NCBI GenBank assembly: GCA_965249785.1
Contig: CBDFMU010000023.1
Span: forward strand, 16,499 to 80,498
DNA length: 64,000 nucleotides
Reading direction: 5' to 3'
Source of the DNA: Saprospiraceae bacterium
GTDB taxonomy: Bacteria > Bacteroidota > Bacteroidia > Chitinophagales > Saprospiraceae
This document shows positions 45,846-56,023 of this stretch, in pieces. The notes under the pieces were generated by a model. It ran no database searches. It was not told where the DNA came from and was given only the letters and a program-made list of their open reading frames with translations. A program made the translations under genes and the position numbers. Within the stretch, counting starts at the first letter, position 1. Each line of letters begins with the position of its first letter.

Positions 45846-46832
45846 TTAGGCGTCCAGCATAATGACTTCCGACTGGTCTTCGCAGATCATATAGAGTTCA
45901 TCTATTTGCTGCTTCAAAATCGGGTGTTCCAGATCGGGGGCGATTTCCATGAGCGGCACGAGCACAAAGGCGCGTAAATGCAGTTCCGGATGCGGCACTT
46001 CCAGGCCCTTGTCCCGCACAACACGTTTTCCGTAGAAAAGAATATCAATATCAATCGTGCGCGGACCCCATTTCTCTTTGTCGCGGCGATCACGGCCCAG
46101 TTCCTGCTCGATGTCGGCAATGGCTTGCAATAAGCCGCGCGGATCCAGCATAGTATTGATCATAATCACTTGATTCAGAAAGGAATCCTGCTGCGTATTG
46201 CCCCACGGCTGGGTTTCGTAGAGGTGGCTTTTTTTGGCAATTTTTCCAACCTGGTCAGAAATCATATTGATGGCGGACGTTATTTTCGCCCGGCGATCAC
46301 CGACATTGCTGCCCAGGCCCAGGTATACATTGATATAACGGCGCGCTTCGCGGGGAAATTGAAGATTTTTTTCGCCAGCGGGGGCCTCCGTTTTTTTGCC
46401 TCGGGTGTAAGGCACTTTTCGCTCCTTCGTCGAATCCGGTCTTTTGTCATCTCCTTCTTCGGGGCGTTTGCTGCGAGCGGATGGAGATGCTGTTCGCTTT
46501 TCCCGAATCGGCGCGGTGCTGCGTTCGCTACGATCTTCGCTACGCTTAGGCCGATCAGTGGGAGACGCAGGACGTTTTTCCCGAATCGGCGAGGTGCTAT
46601 CTTCCGTGCGCCTGCTACGGGGAGGAGCAGAGTCATTCCTTTTATCCCGTGGCGAGAAGTCCCCGCCTCGGCGAGTGGCGGGCGGCGCAGACCGCTTTTC
46701 GCGAGGTGGCCCACTTTTTTCGCTGTCCTCGTCGTATTTTTTCTGGCGGGCTGCTGGCGGGGCAGCCTTTCTTTCGCGTGGTGCTGCGGCCTTTTTTTCC
46801 CGAAGGGGCGTATTTTTCTTTTCGTTCGACAT
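45846..46832 (-). CDS. folK: HPPK (2-amino-4-hydroxy-6-hydroxymethyldihydropteridine diphosphokinase) with ~170-aa basic repeat N-terminal extension
   Basis: The C-terminal 160 aa (VYLGLGSNVGDR..LYETQPWG..RTIDIDILFY..PHPELHLRAFVL) are canonical FolK. The N-terminus is K/R/P/S/E-rich repeats (PIREKRxASP twice, REKxxAPP). Confidence 0.8.
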   Translation of the reverse strand: MSNEKKNTPLREKKAAAPRERKAAPPAARQKKYDEDSEKSGPPREKRSAPPATRRGGDFSPRDKRNDSAPPRSRRTEDSTSPIREKRPASPTDRPKRSEDRSERSTAPIREKRTASPSARSKRPEEGDDKRPDSTKERKVPYTRGKKTEAPAGEKNLQFPREARRYINVYLGLGSNVGDRRAKITSAINMISDQVGKIAKKSHLYETQPWGNTQQDSFLNQVIMINTMLDPRGLLQAIADIEQELGRDRRDKEKWGPRTIDIDILFYGKRVVRDKGLEVPHPELHLRAFVLVPLMEIAPDLEHPILKQQIDELYMICEDQSEVIMLDA

Positions 46833-47034
46833 TTTTCCCGGCTGTTGCTAAGTGGGCAAAGGTAGCAAACCGTTCGGATTCATCATTCCGATCATGATTG
46901 CCGGGATTTTTTTCAAATGAAATACTTTTGCGCCGCCCTTTCGGCTTTATGGTGGCCCCACCTGGCATATAATGCTAAACTACGGGTGCACCACATTTTC
47001 TCATCCATCACATTTAAAAAATTATCTGATGCAC

Positions 47035-47517
47035 ATGAAATTTCTCCTTCTTGGTTTGCTGAGCAGCGGTCTGCTATGGACAGTGGCCTGCAAAAAACTA
47101 CAGCCACAAGATCAAAAATTGATCAATAGAATTGAGACTGAAATCCAGACCTGGCAGGCCGGCCTTGGTCAGTATGAAGCCATAGCGACCACCCTTGAAA
47201 ATTTTCAAAATGACGTGGATAAGGCCATTCCCAGCCAACCTGGCACACCGGCGGATTCTTTGAAAATATCCACTAACACCATGACTACCAAGGCTAAAGC
47301 GGCTATTGTTACTTATAAAGAGAGCGTCACGACGCTGACCAATCGCCTGGCTGAATATAAGGCTGGCACCGCCACTAAGGAAGCCCTGCAAATGGAAAGC
47401 AAGGCGGTAACATCCAGTTTGAGTAACATGAGCAAAGCTTTCAGTACCCTGCAAGCCGAACAGGTGCGCCGCCAGGAAGAATTTTCTGCCCGGCAGAAAC
47501 ACCCGGCCAGCCGATAA
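47035..47517 (+). CDS. hypothetical lipoprotein (helical)
   Basis: From ATG 47035: MKFLLLGLLSSGLLWTVAC lipobox. The rest is predicted helical, with no known motif. Confidence 0.5.
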   Translation: MKFLLLGLLSSGLLWTVACKKLQPQDQKLINRIETEIQTWQAGLGQYEAIATTLENFQNDVDKAIPSQPGTPADSLKISTNTMTTKAKAAIVTYKESVTTLTNRLAEYKAGTATKEALQMESKAVTSSLSNMSKAFSTLQAEQVRRQEEFSARQKHPASR

Positions 47518-47676
47518 AATGCGAAATGTGGCGGGCGCAGTACGGAATGTATAGTGTTGCAGCAAAAAATTCTGCATTCTGTATTCATTTATTCTACATT
47601 CGCCCAGAGGCAGCGAAATACCCTGTGTTGGTATCCCGCAAATTGTGTTTTTTTGCATCCATACTGACTCAATGCT

Positions 47677-50600
47677 ATGACTCGTCTGCTACTCCCCATT
47701 TTACTCCTGCTCTTTTTCGCTACTGCGCAGCTATTCGGCCAATCGTATCTGCTGACCAACGGCCAGCAAATCACCGATTGTAACGGCACCCTGTATGACG
47801 ACGGTGGGGCGGCAGGCAACTACAGCGACAATCAGAACGTGGTTAGTACCATCTGTTCGGATGGTAGTGGCGGTACGCATATCCGACTCAGTTTTTCGGG
47901 TGTGGCGTTGGACGCTGGCGATGAGCTTTGTTTTTATGATGGTACCGACATCAATGCGCCCTTGCTCGCCTGTGCCAGTGATTTTCCGCCGGGCCAGCCC
48001 TTTATTGTGCAAGCCTCGGCGGTGAATCCCAGCGGTTGCCTGACGGTTTCTTTTCTGTCGGATGGCAGCGGCAATGCAGCAGGTTTTGCGGCTGTCATTT
48101 CCTGTGTGGCTTCCTGTCAGCAGGTGCTGGTGGATTTGGTGTCCACCAATCCGGCGGCTGTACCGGCTGATACTGGCTGGATTGATATTTGCCCGAATGA
48201 GCGAATTTTCCTGACCGGCCAGGGAGTGTACCCGCAAAATGGTTTTATTTATCCCCAGAGCGACCTGACGACCAAGTTTGAATGGAACTTTGGCGACGGT
48301 AGCATTTCTTATGGCCCGAATGCTTCGCACCGCTATGAACAGCCGGGCGGCTACTATGTGCAGCTTTTTTTGACGGATGTACAAGGTTGCCGAAGTACCA
48401 ATCTTATTAGCCAGCGCGTCCGGGTGGCACCACGGCCTAATTTTGCTATAACCGGGTTGCTGGACAATTCTATTTGCGCTGGCGATACGCTTCACCTCGG
48501 CGCATCGGTCAATACCGTAAACGGTAGTACGCTGGCGGTGACTCCCAATGGAGCATCTTTTGACGTGGAGGGTTCGCGCTCCGATTCGCTGGCCATTCCC
48601 GACGGGACGGGCGTTCCTTACCAAACCACTATTTATTTGACCGAATTTTCTCCGGGCCAGGTACTGACCAGTGGCAGCGATCTGGAGAGCGTTTGTGTAA
48701 ATATGGAGCATTCCTGGATGCGGGATCTGGAAATAAAACTGACCTGTCCAAACGGTCAGACGGCCATTTTGCACAATTTTGGCGGACAAACCGGCTCGGA
48801 GGTGTTCCTGGGTGAGCCTAATGACAATGACGGTTTTAATCCCATTCCCGGCGTGGGCTATGATTATTGCTGGAAATTAAACGCGGTCAATCCGCCGTGG
48901 CTGCAATACGCCAACACCGTGCTCGGCGGCAATGGTACCCTGCCAGCGGGCGATTATCGGCCTTTTCAATCTTTCAACAATTTTATCGGTTGTCCGCTGA
49001 ACGGCGAATGGGTATTCACCGCCACCGACGGCTGGCCTATTGACAATGGCTATCTGTTCTCGTGGGCTATAAAATTCAAGGACGAACTGTATCCGAATAT
49101 TGAAAAATTCACGCCTCAGCTAACCAGTTGGGGCTGGAACAATCATCCATCCATTTTCTATTCCACTGCCGATTCTATTGCTGCTTCTCCGCAAAATGCC
49201 GGTACGGCGGCTTATACTTTTACGGTAAATGATGATTTTGGTTGCTCCTGGGATACTTTGCTCAGCGTAACCGTGCTGCCTTTTACCCACCCGGATTGTT
49301 TTCATTGTGTAGAAAATTACAATCCTATACCTGACACCACAGTCTGCACTGGAACGCCGGTGGTGCTCGATGCCCATTCGCTCCAGCCTGACACTCTGGA
49401 AGTTCGTTTTGAAGCGTACCCGGACTATGCACTGGGATTTGCCAATCACCCGCCCGCCAATCCGTATGGCTCCCCGATCGCCGTAAACAGCGTTGGTTAT
49501 CCCTTCGTAGGTATTCCGACCGCCCAGATCACCTCGGTTTGTATGGATATAGAAACCGACTTTGATGCCGACCTGAACATCTATCTGCGATCACCAGACG
49601 GTAAGCAACTCGAACTCAGTACGGGCAATGGAGGTGCCGGCGATAACTATAAAGTCACTTGTTTCACGCCCACCGCCACCGTGCCGGTGAAAGGCAGTGC
49701 CGCTCCTTTTAATGGTACTTACAAACCGGAAGGTAACTGGAGCGACCTGACCAATGCCGTAGTAAATGGCGACTGGAAACTTATGGTCTCCGACGGATTT
49801 GGCCCCAACCAATTCGGTAAAGTCAAGTGGTGGAGTATTGGGTTTAATTTTGTCAACACGGTCACTTATAGCTGGACAAATTCCGCTTCGCTGTCTTGCG
49901 CTGATTGCCCTGCACCTATCGCAACACCCAGCGTAACGACCGACTACATCGTCACGGCAACTGATAAATTCAACTGCCAACACCGCGACACCGCCACCGT
50001 GACGGTCGGCAATGTTTTTCCCGCTCCGGCCAATCTGCAGGTCATCAATATAGGAGCCGGTAGCATGACCTGGGGGTGGGATGCCGTGCCCGGTGCCCTG
50101 GGCTATGAAGTGCGGATAAATAATGGCGCGTGGCAACCCTCCAGCGGAACACTTAGTCACCAAGTGACGGGTTTAGTCGTCGGCGAGGTAGTCAATATCG
50201 AGGTACGGGCATTGAGCGGCAGTACGAGCTGCCTGCCAGAAATCAGTACCGGCACCTCTACCTATGTGGCTTGCATTCTGGATGCGGTGCTCAATGCTAC
50301 GCTGCCAGTACAGTGCTTCGGTACTGCTACCGGGTCGGCATCGGTGTCCGTTTCTTTTGTCAATGGGCCCTTGCAATTTTTCCCCGATGGCCTGGGGCCA
50401 GCCCTGACCACTGGTGACTTAATGCAAATATTTCCCGCTGGCGACCATTTTGTAGTAGTAAGTGATAATACTGGCTGTCGGGATAGCGTCTTTTTTACTT
50501 TGACCCAACCGGATTCGCTTGTTTTGACTGCCACGGCTACCAATGCTATTTGCAATGCAGACAATTCCGGGCAGGTTGCCGCAGTAGCGACTGGCGGTAC

Positions 50601-53600
50601 CGGGGCGATTGATTTTGCCTGGCAAAGTTGCCTGAATGGTACGGTTATTCATACCGCTACTATCACCGACCTTTATGCTGGATGTTACGCCGTAACGGCT
50701 ACGGATGCCAATGGTTGCACCACCACAGACAGCGTAACAATCAATGAACCAGCTGCTTACGAATTTAATATTTTGCAGGATTCCGTTTCCTGTTTTGGGG
50801 GCGCAAACGGCGGGGCCAGCATTACCGTCACTGGTAGTACGCCCCCCTACACCTATAACTGGGAAGATGGTCAAACAACCCCGGTAGCCGTCAATTTTGC
50901 GGCCGGTTTTCATGTCGTAACCGTCACGGACGCAGCAGGTTGTCAAGCGGCTACGCTGGTAGAAGTACTTCAGCCATCCGTGCTTGAAATTGATAGTACT
51001 GCTACTCGCCAGGTATCCTGTTTTGGAGGCAATAACGGCACAGCTACTATATTTGCCGTAGGCGGTACCCTGCCCTATCAATATACCTGGAGCGACGCGC
51101 AAAACACCAAGAAGGCTACGGAATTGTTGGCTGGTACTTATACCGTCACGGTCACAGATGCCAATAATTGTACCGTAGAAGCCAGCGTCACTGTCGGCAC
51201 CCCGGATGCGTTGGAGGTTAATTTTACCAATATTACTGCCGAAAAATGCGCTAGTGATTGCCAGGGAAGTGCTAAAGTACTGACGACTGGTGGCTCGTCG
51301 CCTTACACTTACGCCTGGGATAGTGCCGCGCTTCCTTCTTCCGATACTTTAAACTCGCTTTGTCCGGGCATTTATACCGTGACGGTGCAAGATGCACGCG
51401 GTTGTACGCAGACCAATAAATTGACGATAGATGCTGCCGTAGCGATTGATGTACATTACGATCCGGTCGCACCCGCTTGCGCCGGTCAGCCCAATGGAGC
51501 CATCAATACTACGGTCGCAGGCGGAAGCGCGCCCTACATTTTCCAATGGAATAATGGCAGTGCTACGCCCTCTCAAACGAATCTACTATGTGGCAGCTAT
51601 TCGGTAACACTCACCGATGCAGTGGGTTGTGTAAAAACTAAAACGGTGCAGGTAGATTGCCCGGACTCTATTCGGGTCATCAATATCGCGGTTCAGTCGG
51701 TGAGCTGCTTTGGATTGTCCGACGGTAGCCTTACCGTAGAAGCCACGGGAGGCGCAGGAAATCTGACCTACCAATGGAGCGGCAGCGGTACACCAACCGA
51801 TTCGCTGGCACAAAACCTGCTGCCCGGTGCTTACACGGTTACGATTACGGATGCTAACAACTGTTCCAATACTGCTACCGCCACGGTGCCAGAGCCGACC
51901 ATTCTGCAGGCTAATTTAACCCACGCCGATGTGCGTTGTTTTGGTGGAAATGACGGCGAAGCTACCGTACTTGTCAGTGGCGGTACGGCGCCTTATAGTT
52001 ATACCTGGGACAGTGCAGCTGCCACAGATTCTACCCTGTTGCACCTTGTAGCTGGTACCTATTCCGTAACGATACACGATGCCAATGCCTGCTCGGCTAC
52101 AGCCAGTACAACTATCACCCAGCCCACTACGTCTGTGCAGATAAACGCTACGCAAACCAAATTGGCTTGTGCTGGCAGCCCGGATGGCGAAGCATTGGCC
52201 ACCGCTATGGGCAACAATGGCCCGCCTTATATTTTCACCTGGAGCGATGGCCAGACGGGGGCGCAAGTGAGCGGACTGCCAATGGGCAATATTACCGTCA
52301 CTGCCACCGATCAGCAAGGCTGTTATAGCTCGCAAGTGCTTGATATAGAGCAGTTGGACAGTATTAAAGTATTTACTTTAGGTATTCCGCCGGTTTGCTT
52401 TCAGGCATTGACCGGTATTGCTGGACTGACGCGGGTAGAAGGGGGAGCCGGTATGGGCGACACGACCCAATATCACTATCATTGGAGTGTGCCAGGAGCA
52501 CCTGATGCACCTTCCATTACCGGACTGGCGGGTGGCCAATCGTATGGCCTCACTGTCACGGATGTACGGGGTTGCATGGGTGCATTCAGCGTCGAAGTGC
52601 ATGAAGCACCGGAAATTATCCTACAGACCACCGCTCAGAACGTAATTTGTTTTGGACAAAGCAATGGCGCACTTACTATCACTGGCAGCACTGGCGCGAA
52701 CGCACCATTGCGTTATTTATGGAGTAATAATAGTACCGATAGTGCTATACAGAATCTGAATGCGGGCGTATACCGAGTCACTGCCACCGACGCAAAACAA
52801 TGCTCCACGGTGAAAACCATCACTGTTCAGCAACCACCGCCGCTCACCGTAGAATTTGCCACTACCCTGCCCGTATGTAGTAGCGATACTAATGCAACTA
52901 TCCATACTATTGTGCAGGGGGGTGTTCCGGGCTATGTATTGCAATGGAATACCGGCGAAATCACGCCTGACCTGAACGGATTGAGTGCCGGAGAATATGC
53001 GCTCATGGTACGCGATAGCAATGACTGTATGATCGCCGATTCGGTGAATATCCCCTTTCCAGACTCCATAGCGATCCAACTGCAAACCACTGATCCACAG
53101 TGTTTTGGAGCAGACAATGGTCGCCTGCATTTATTAGTCAGCGGGGGCCATATTCCTTACCGCTACAGCCTGAACGGCGGTGCATTTGGAGGAAGCAGCA
53201 CCTTTATTGCTTTGAAAGCTGGCGATTACGCGTTACAAGTGCGCGATGCCAAAGGCTGCTTAGCCAGTACCACGGCAGCACTGACCAACCCACCCGCGCT
53301 GATGGCTACCCTGGGTCCGGATACGACCATTGTATTGGGACAGTCGGTTACGCTTTCGCCGGAGGTAAATAATGCTTTTGGCTTGACAAGCAATAGCTGG
53401 CGGAGCGCGCTGCTCGAACAGCTGACCTGCGTGGATGCCCCCGCTTGCGACGATATTATAGTGCAGCCTCTATTTACCAATACCTACTTCGTCACCGTCA
53501 CGGATGCGCATGGTTGCGTAGGCCGAACCAGCGTTAAAGTATCCGTAGAAAAGCCGCGTGGAGTCTATGTACCCACGGGTTTTACCCCAAACGGCGACTC

Positions 53601-53853
53601 GGAAAATGACCGTCTGGTGGTACATGGCAAGAGCCAGCAGGTGCGCAATATTCGCACGTTCCGGGTGTACGACCGTTGGGGAGAACTGGTATATGAAGAC
53701 AAGGATTTCAATGTGAATGACCTGACGCGTGGCTGGGACGGCCAATGGCGCGGCGAAGCCTGCGATCCCGGCATATATGTCTGGTATTTGGAAGCCGAAT
53801 ACCCCGATGGCTATGAAGAGGCCCTGAAGGGGGAAGTAATGTTGATAAGATAA
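47677..53853 (+). CDS. giant T9SS adhesin: CUB-like/PKD/two P-domains/FN3/about 13 SprB repeats/gliding-motility C-terminal (CHU_C) domain
   Basis: Signal LLFFATAQLFGQ. MEHSWMRDLEIKLTCPNGQ and DFDADLNIYLRSPDG (P-domains). Repeats of the type VSCFGGANGGASITVTGSTPPYTYNW with a period of about 75-80 aa. C-terminus VYVPTGFTPNGDSENDRL..VYDRWGELVY..GWDG. Confidence 0.85.
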   Translation: MTRLLLPILLLLFFATAQLFGQSYLLTNGQQITDCNGTLYDDGGAAGNYSDNQNVVSTICSDGSGGTHIRLSFSGVALDAGDELCFYDGTDINAPLLACASDFPPGQPFIVQASAVNPSGCLTVSFLSDGSGNAAGFAAVISCVASCQQVLVDLVSTNPAAVPADTGWIDICPNERIFLTGQGVYPQNGFIYPQSDLTTKFEWNFGDGSISYGPNASHRYEQPGGYYVQLFLTDVQGCRSTNLISQRVRVAPRPNFAITGLLDNSICAGDTLHLGASVNTVNGSTLAVTPNGASFDVEGSRSDSLAIPDGTGVPYQTTIYLTEFSPGQVLTSGSDLESVCVNMEHSWMRDLEIKLTCPNGQTAILHNFGGQTGSEVFLGEPNDNDGFNPIPGVGYDYCWKLNAVNPPWLQYANTVLGGNGTLPAGDYRPFQSFNNFIGCPLNGEWVFTATDGWPIDNGYLFSWAIKFKDELYPNIEKFTPQLTSWGWNNHPSIFYSTADSIAASPQNAGTAAYTFTVNDDFGCSWDTLLSVTVLPFTHPDCFHCVENYNPIPDTTVCTGTPVVLDAHSLQPDTLEVRFEAYPDYALGFANHPPANPYGSPIAVNSVGYPFVGIPTAQITSVCMDIETDFDADLNIYLRSPDGKQLELSTGNGGAGDNYKVTCFTPTATVPVKGSAAPFNGTYKPEGNWSDLTNAVVNGDWKLMVSDGFGPNQFGKVKWWSIGFNFVNTVTYSWTNSASLSCADCPAPIATPSVTTDYIVTATDKFNCQHRDTATVTVGNVFPAPANLQVINIGAGSMTWGWDAVPGALGYEVRINNGAWQPSSGTLSHQVTGLVVGEVVNIEVRALSGSTSCLPEISTGTSTYVACILDAVLNATLPVQCFGTATGSASVSVSFVNGPLQFFPDGLGPALTTGDLMQIFPAGDHFVVVSDNTGCRDSVFFTLTQPDSLVLTATATNAICNADNSGQVAAVATGGTGAIDFAWQSCLNGTVIHTATITDLYAGCYAVTATDANGCTTTDSVTINEPAAYEFNILQDSVSCFGGANGGASITVTGSTPPYTYNWEDGQTTPVAVNFAAGFHVVTVTDAAGCQAATLVEVLQPSVLEIDSTATRQVSCFGGNNGTATIFAVGGTLPYQYTWSDAQNTKKATELLAGTYTVTVTDANNCTVEASVTVGTPDALEVNFTNITAEKCASDCQGSAKVLTTGGSSPYTYAWDSAALPSSDTLNSLCPGIYTVTVQDARGCTQTNKLTIDAAVAIDVHYDPVAPACAGQPNGAINTTVAGGSAPYIFQWNNGSATPSQTNLLCGSYSVTLTDAVGCVKTKTVQVDCPDSIRVINIAVQSVSCFGLSDGSLTVEATGGAGNLTYQWSGSGTPTDSLAQNLLPGAYTVTITDANNCSNTATATVPEPTILQANLTHADVRCFGGNDGEATVLVSGGTAPYSYTWDSAAATDSTLLHLVAGTYSVTIHDANACSATASTTITQPTTSVQINATQTKLACAGSPDGEALATAMGNNGPPYIFTWSDGQTGAQVSGLPMGNITVTATDQQGCYSSQVLDIEQLDSIKVFTLGIPPVCFQALTGIAGLTRVEGGAGMGDTTQYHYHWSVPGAPDAPSITGLAGGQSYGLTVTDVRGCMGAFSVEVHEAPEIILQTTAQNVICFGQSNGALTITGSTGANAPLRYLWSNNSTDSAIQNLNAGVYRVTATDAKQCSTVKTITVQQPPPLTVEFATTLPVCSSDTNATIHTIVQGGVPGYVLQWNTGEITPDLNGLSAGEYALMVRDSNDCMIADSVNIPFPDSIAIQLQTTDPQCFGADNGRLHLLVSGGHIPYRYSLNGGAFGGSSTFIALKAGDYALQVRDAKGCLASTTAALTNPPALMATLGPDTTIVLGQSVTLSPEVNNAFGLTSNSWRSALLEQLTCVDAPACDDIIVQPLFTNTYFVTVTDAHGCVGRTSVKVSVEKPRGVYVPTGFTPNGDSENDRLVVHGKSQQVRNIRTFRVYDRWGELVYEDKDFNVNDLTRGWDGQWRGEACDPGIYVWYLEAEYPDGYEEALKGEVMLIR

Positions 53854-53947
53854 TATGTTGAGAGAGTTGAGGATGTTGAAAGAGTTGAGTGATTTACTTG
53901 GGCTTTAGGCTTTGTTTACCCAAAAACCACTTGCGTTGGTTAAAGCC
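53854..53947 (-). repeat. GTTGAGA-box element, divergent copy G
   Basis: ATATGTTGAGAGAGTTGAGGATGTTGAAAGAGTTGAGTGATTTAC..AAAAACCACTTGCGTTGGTTAAAGCC starts immediately after the adhesin stop (53851-53853). Confidence 0.65.
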
Positions 53948-54109
53948 TAACCCTTTTTTGCAGCTTGCTTCGCTTTCTAACAAACCTGTTTTATCTTCGT
54001 GACGACGAATGCAAAGATGGCCTTTCGTTCTAATTTTTTCAATCTGTTTTCTTTAATCCATTTCGCTCCGGCTTTCCCCCTTAATCGATTGATTTTTAAA
54101 GCACTAACC

Positions 54110-55174
54110 ATGGCGAAATCATTTACCCAACCGATTTTCTGTTTTCTCTTTTGCCTGATCGTCTTGCCTGAACTTGCCGCGCAAGACCCTCGTTTCTCCC
54201 AGTACTACGCTTCCCCCTGGAACCTGAATCCGGCGATGACCGGGGTTTTCAACGGGAGCTGGCGCGTGACTGGCAATTACCGCGATCAATGGAATAGCTT
54301 CCTGGCTCCGGTGCCGTTTCGCACTTATTCGGCAGCCTTCGAGACGCGTTTTAATGTCGCCAATAACGACTACGCCGCCTTTGGGCTCGGTGCCATGCAC
54401 GATGAAGCAGGTACGGCTCGCTATTCGCAAAACAAAGTTCAACTTGGCGGGGCTTTTCTGAAACAACTTTCCGGTGGCTACAACCGATCAGAAAATTACC
54501 TCTCGGCGGGCGCACAGGTCGGTTTCGGGCAAAATTCGCTGGATTGGGGTCGTTTGTGGTTTAGTCGCCAATTCGATAGCGCGACCGAGCTGCCCGATCC
54601 CAATGCGATCAACGGGGAAGCTACCATGAATGGCCAAACCAATTTATACCTGGATTTCAACGCTGGGTTGCTGTGGTACACCGTCTTTGGCGACAATAAT
54701 GATGGCTTTTTCTATGCAGGCGGAGCCGTTCATCACCTGAATAGACCAAAAATATCGCTGCTCGGCGACGACGGCGAGACGCTCTACACCCGCTATGCAG
54801 CTCATGCTGGCGGACAATTGCCGGTAACGGAAAATTTTTCGCTCTTACCCGGTGCGCAAATAATGAAACAAGGACCGGCGATGGAAACCGATCTGGGCCT
54901 CAATCTGCGTTATTCCAACAACGATGTGGATGAACTGGCCATGCGTTTTGGAGCCTGGGCGCGCGTCGGCAATAAGCTGGATAAAGGATTCCAAATGGAT
55001 GCTATCACCGTCGTTGGGATGCTCGAACTGAACCGCTGGATGCTCGGCCTGAGTTACGACATCACCGTCTCCGGGCTGACCCAGGCGAATAATTCGCGCG
55101 GTGCTTTTGAAGTCTCGGTCACTTATTTCCACCCCGAAACGCATCGTTCGCGGGTCACTTGTCCGAAATTTTAA
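54110..55174 (+). CDS. PorP/SprF-family type IX secretion system membrane protein
   Basis: From ATG 54110: AAQDPRFSQYYASPWNLNPAMTGVFNGSWRVTGNYRDQW, the family signature. It is placed directly after a CHU_C-type adhesin, as is usual. Confidence 0.85.
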   Translation: MAKSFTQPIFCFLFCLIVLPELAAQDPRFSQYYASPWNLNPAMTGVFNGSWRVTGNYRDQWNSFLAPVPFRTYSAAFETRFNVANNDYAAFGLGAMHDEAGTARYSQNKVQLGGAFLKQLSGGYNRSENYLSAGAQVGFGQNSLDWGRLWFSRQFDSATELPDPNAINGEATMNGQTNLYLDFNAGLLWYTVFGDNNDGFFYAGGAVHHLNRPKISLLGDDGETLYTRYAAHAGGQLPVTENFSLLPGAQIMKQGPAMETDLGLNLRYSNNDVDELAMRFGAWARVGNKLDKGFQMDAITVVGMLELNRWMLGLSYDITVSGLTQANNSRGAFEVSVTYFHPETHRSRVTCPKF

Positions 55175-55866
55175 ACCTGGAGAGGCACCGTTGATTCTTG
55201 CGTAGCACTTTCTTCGGCAGCGCGCATAATCATCCACATGCTGCCGCACATCAGTACGTGACCAATATCGAAAAAAGTAAACCACGTGTTGAGCGAAAGT
55301 TTAGCCACGTGCGCCCCCGCTGCGCCTGCCGCAAACAGGATAGCATAAAGTAGGTATAAACTGCTGCGCTGACGGGTTTTGTAAAACATCCACCCTTCCA
55401 GCGTGCCGACAATCAGCACCATGCCGAAAGCAGAGTGGATTTCTACCAATGGAAACCACAGCGTAATCAACACAAAACTCAACACCACTGCGAATTCTGC
55501 CACGTTGATAATGAATAAAATACGCGCCCAACGCAGGCCGATGTAAGGCTTCGCTCTTTGGATGGATGCCTGTTCCAAAGCTGATACCGCGAGCATCCCC
55601 AATCCCCAGCCCGGCACTTTAAAAATAAAGGGCAAATACGACAAAAAAGCGTGTCCCGCGAGGCCACCAATCAAGGTGGAAAAACCCATTAGCAACAGAA
55701 AAATACGGAACAGCTGGTTTTCATCGGTACGGGCCTGCCGACCCAAACGTACCCACGCATACCAGCAAATCGCCGTAATCAGCACCGAAGTCAGCGCAAT
55801 GGAAAATTCGGTGACACGAATGCCGCCAAAGTACAGATCAGGCTCTAAGTAATGTGTTTCTTCCAT
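55171..55866 (-). CDS. hypothetical polytopic (about 7 TM) membrane protein
   Basis: 231 aa with seven hydrophobic stretches and no recognised motif. Its 3' end overlaps the porP/sprF-like gene by 4 nt (convergent). Confidence 0.5.
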   Translation of the reverse strand: MEETHYLEPDLYFGGIRVTEFSIALTSVLITAICWYAWVRLGRQARTDENQLFRIFLLLMGFSTLIGGLAGHAFLSYLPFIFKVPGWGLGMLAVSALEQASIQRAKPYIGLRWARILFIINVAEFAVVLSFVLITLWFPLVEIHSAFGMVLIVGTLEGWMFYKTRQRSSLYLLYAILFAAGAAGAHVAKLSLNTWFTFFDIGHVLMCGSMWMIMRAAEESATQESTVPLQV

Positions 55867-55901
55867 GTGGCAAAGGAAAGGGTTTAGAGGGGAATGAGTT
55901 C

Positions 55902-55933
55902 CCTCCTTCGCCTAAAAAGGCTTCGGCGGGTAA
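55902..55933. repeat. second copy of the 33-bp mini-repeat
   Basis: CCTCCTTCGCCTAAAAAGGCTTCGGCGGGTAA, compare 13099-13131. Confidence 0.75.
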
Positions 55934-56023
55934 AAAGGTTTAGCGTTAGACGGATTTATGTTTGGTTTTTAACACAAAAAATTTGATTTTTGCCGGGCGA
56001 ACCATACGCTCGCCCTCCTTATT

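Noticed and set aside
47731-48789. 352-aa ORF on the minus strand inside the adhesin gene
   Set aside because: It is fully antisense to a well-supported 2058-aa CDS. Its composition is Arg/Gly/Ile-rich, with no motifs, signal or plausible start context. This is a typical shadow ORF of a biased coding region.
50300-53100. Strong ~230-bp periodicity that could be mistaken for a repeat array or CRISPR
   Set aside because: The repeats are in frame and encode SprB-type protein repeats (..CFGG.NG.A.V.V.GG..PY.Y.W..). There are no short identical direct repeats with unique spacers and no cas genes.
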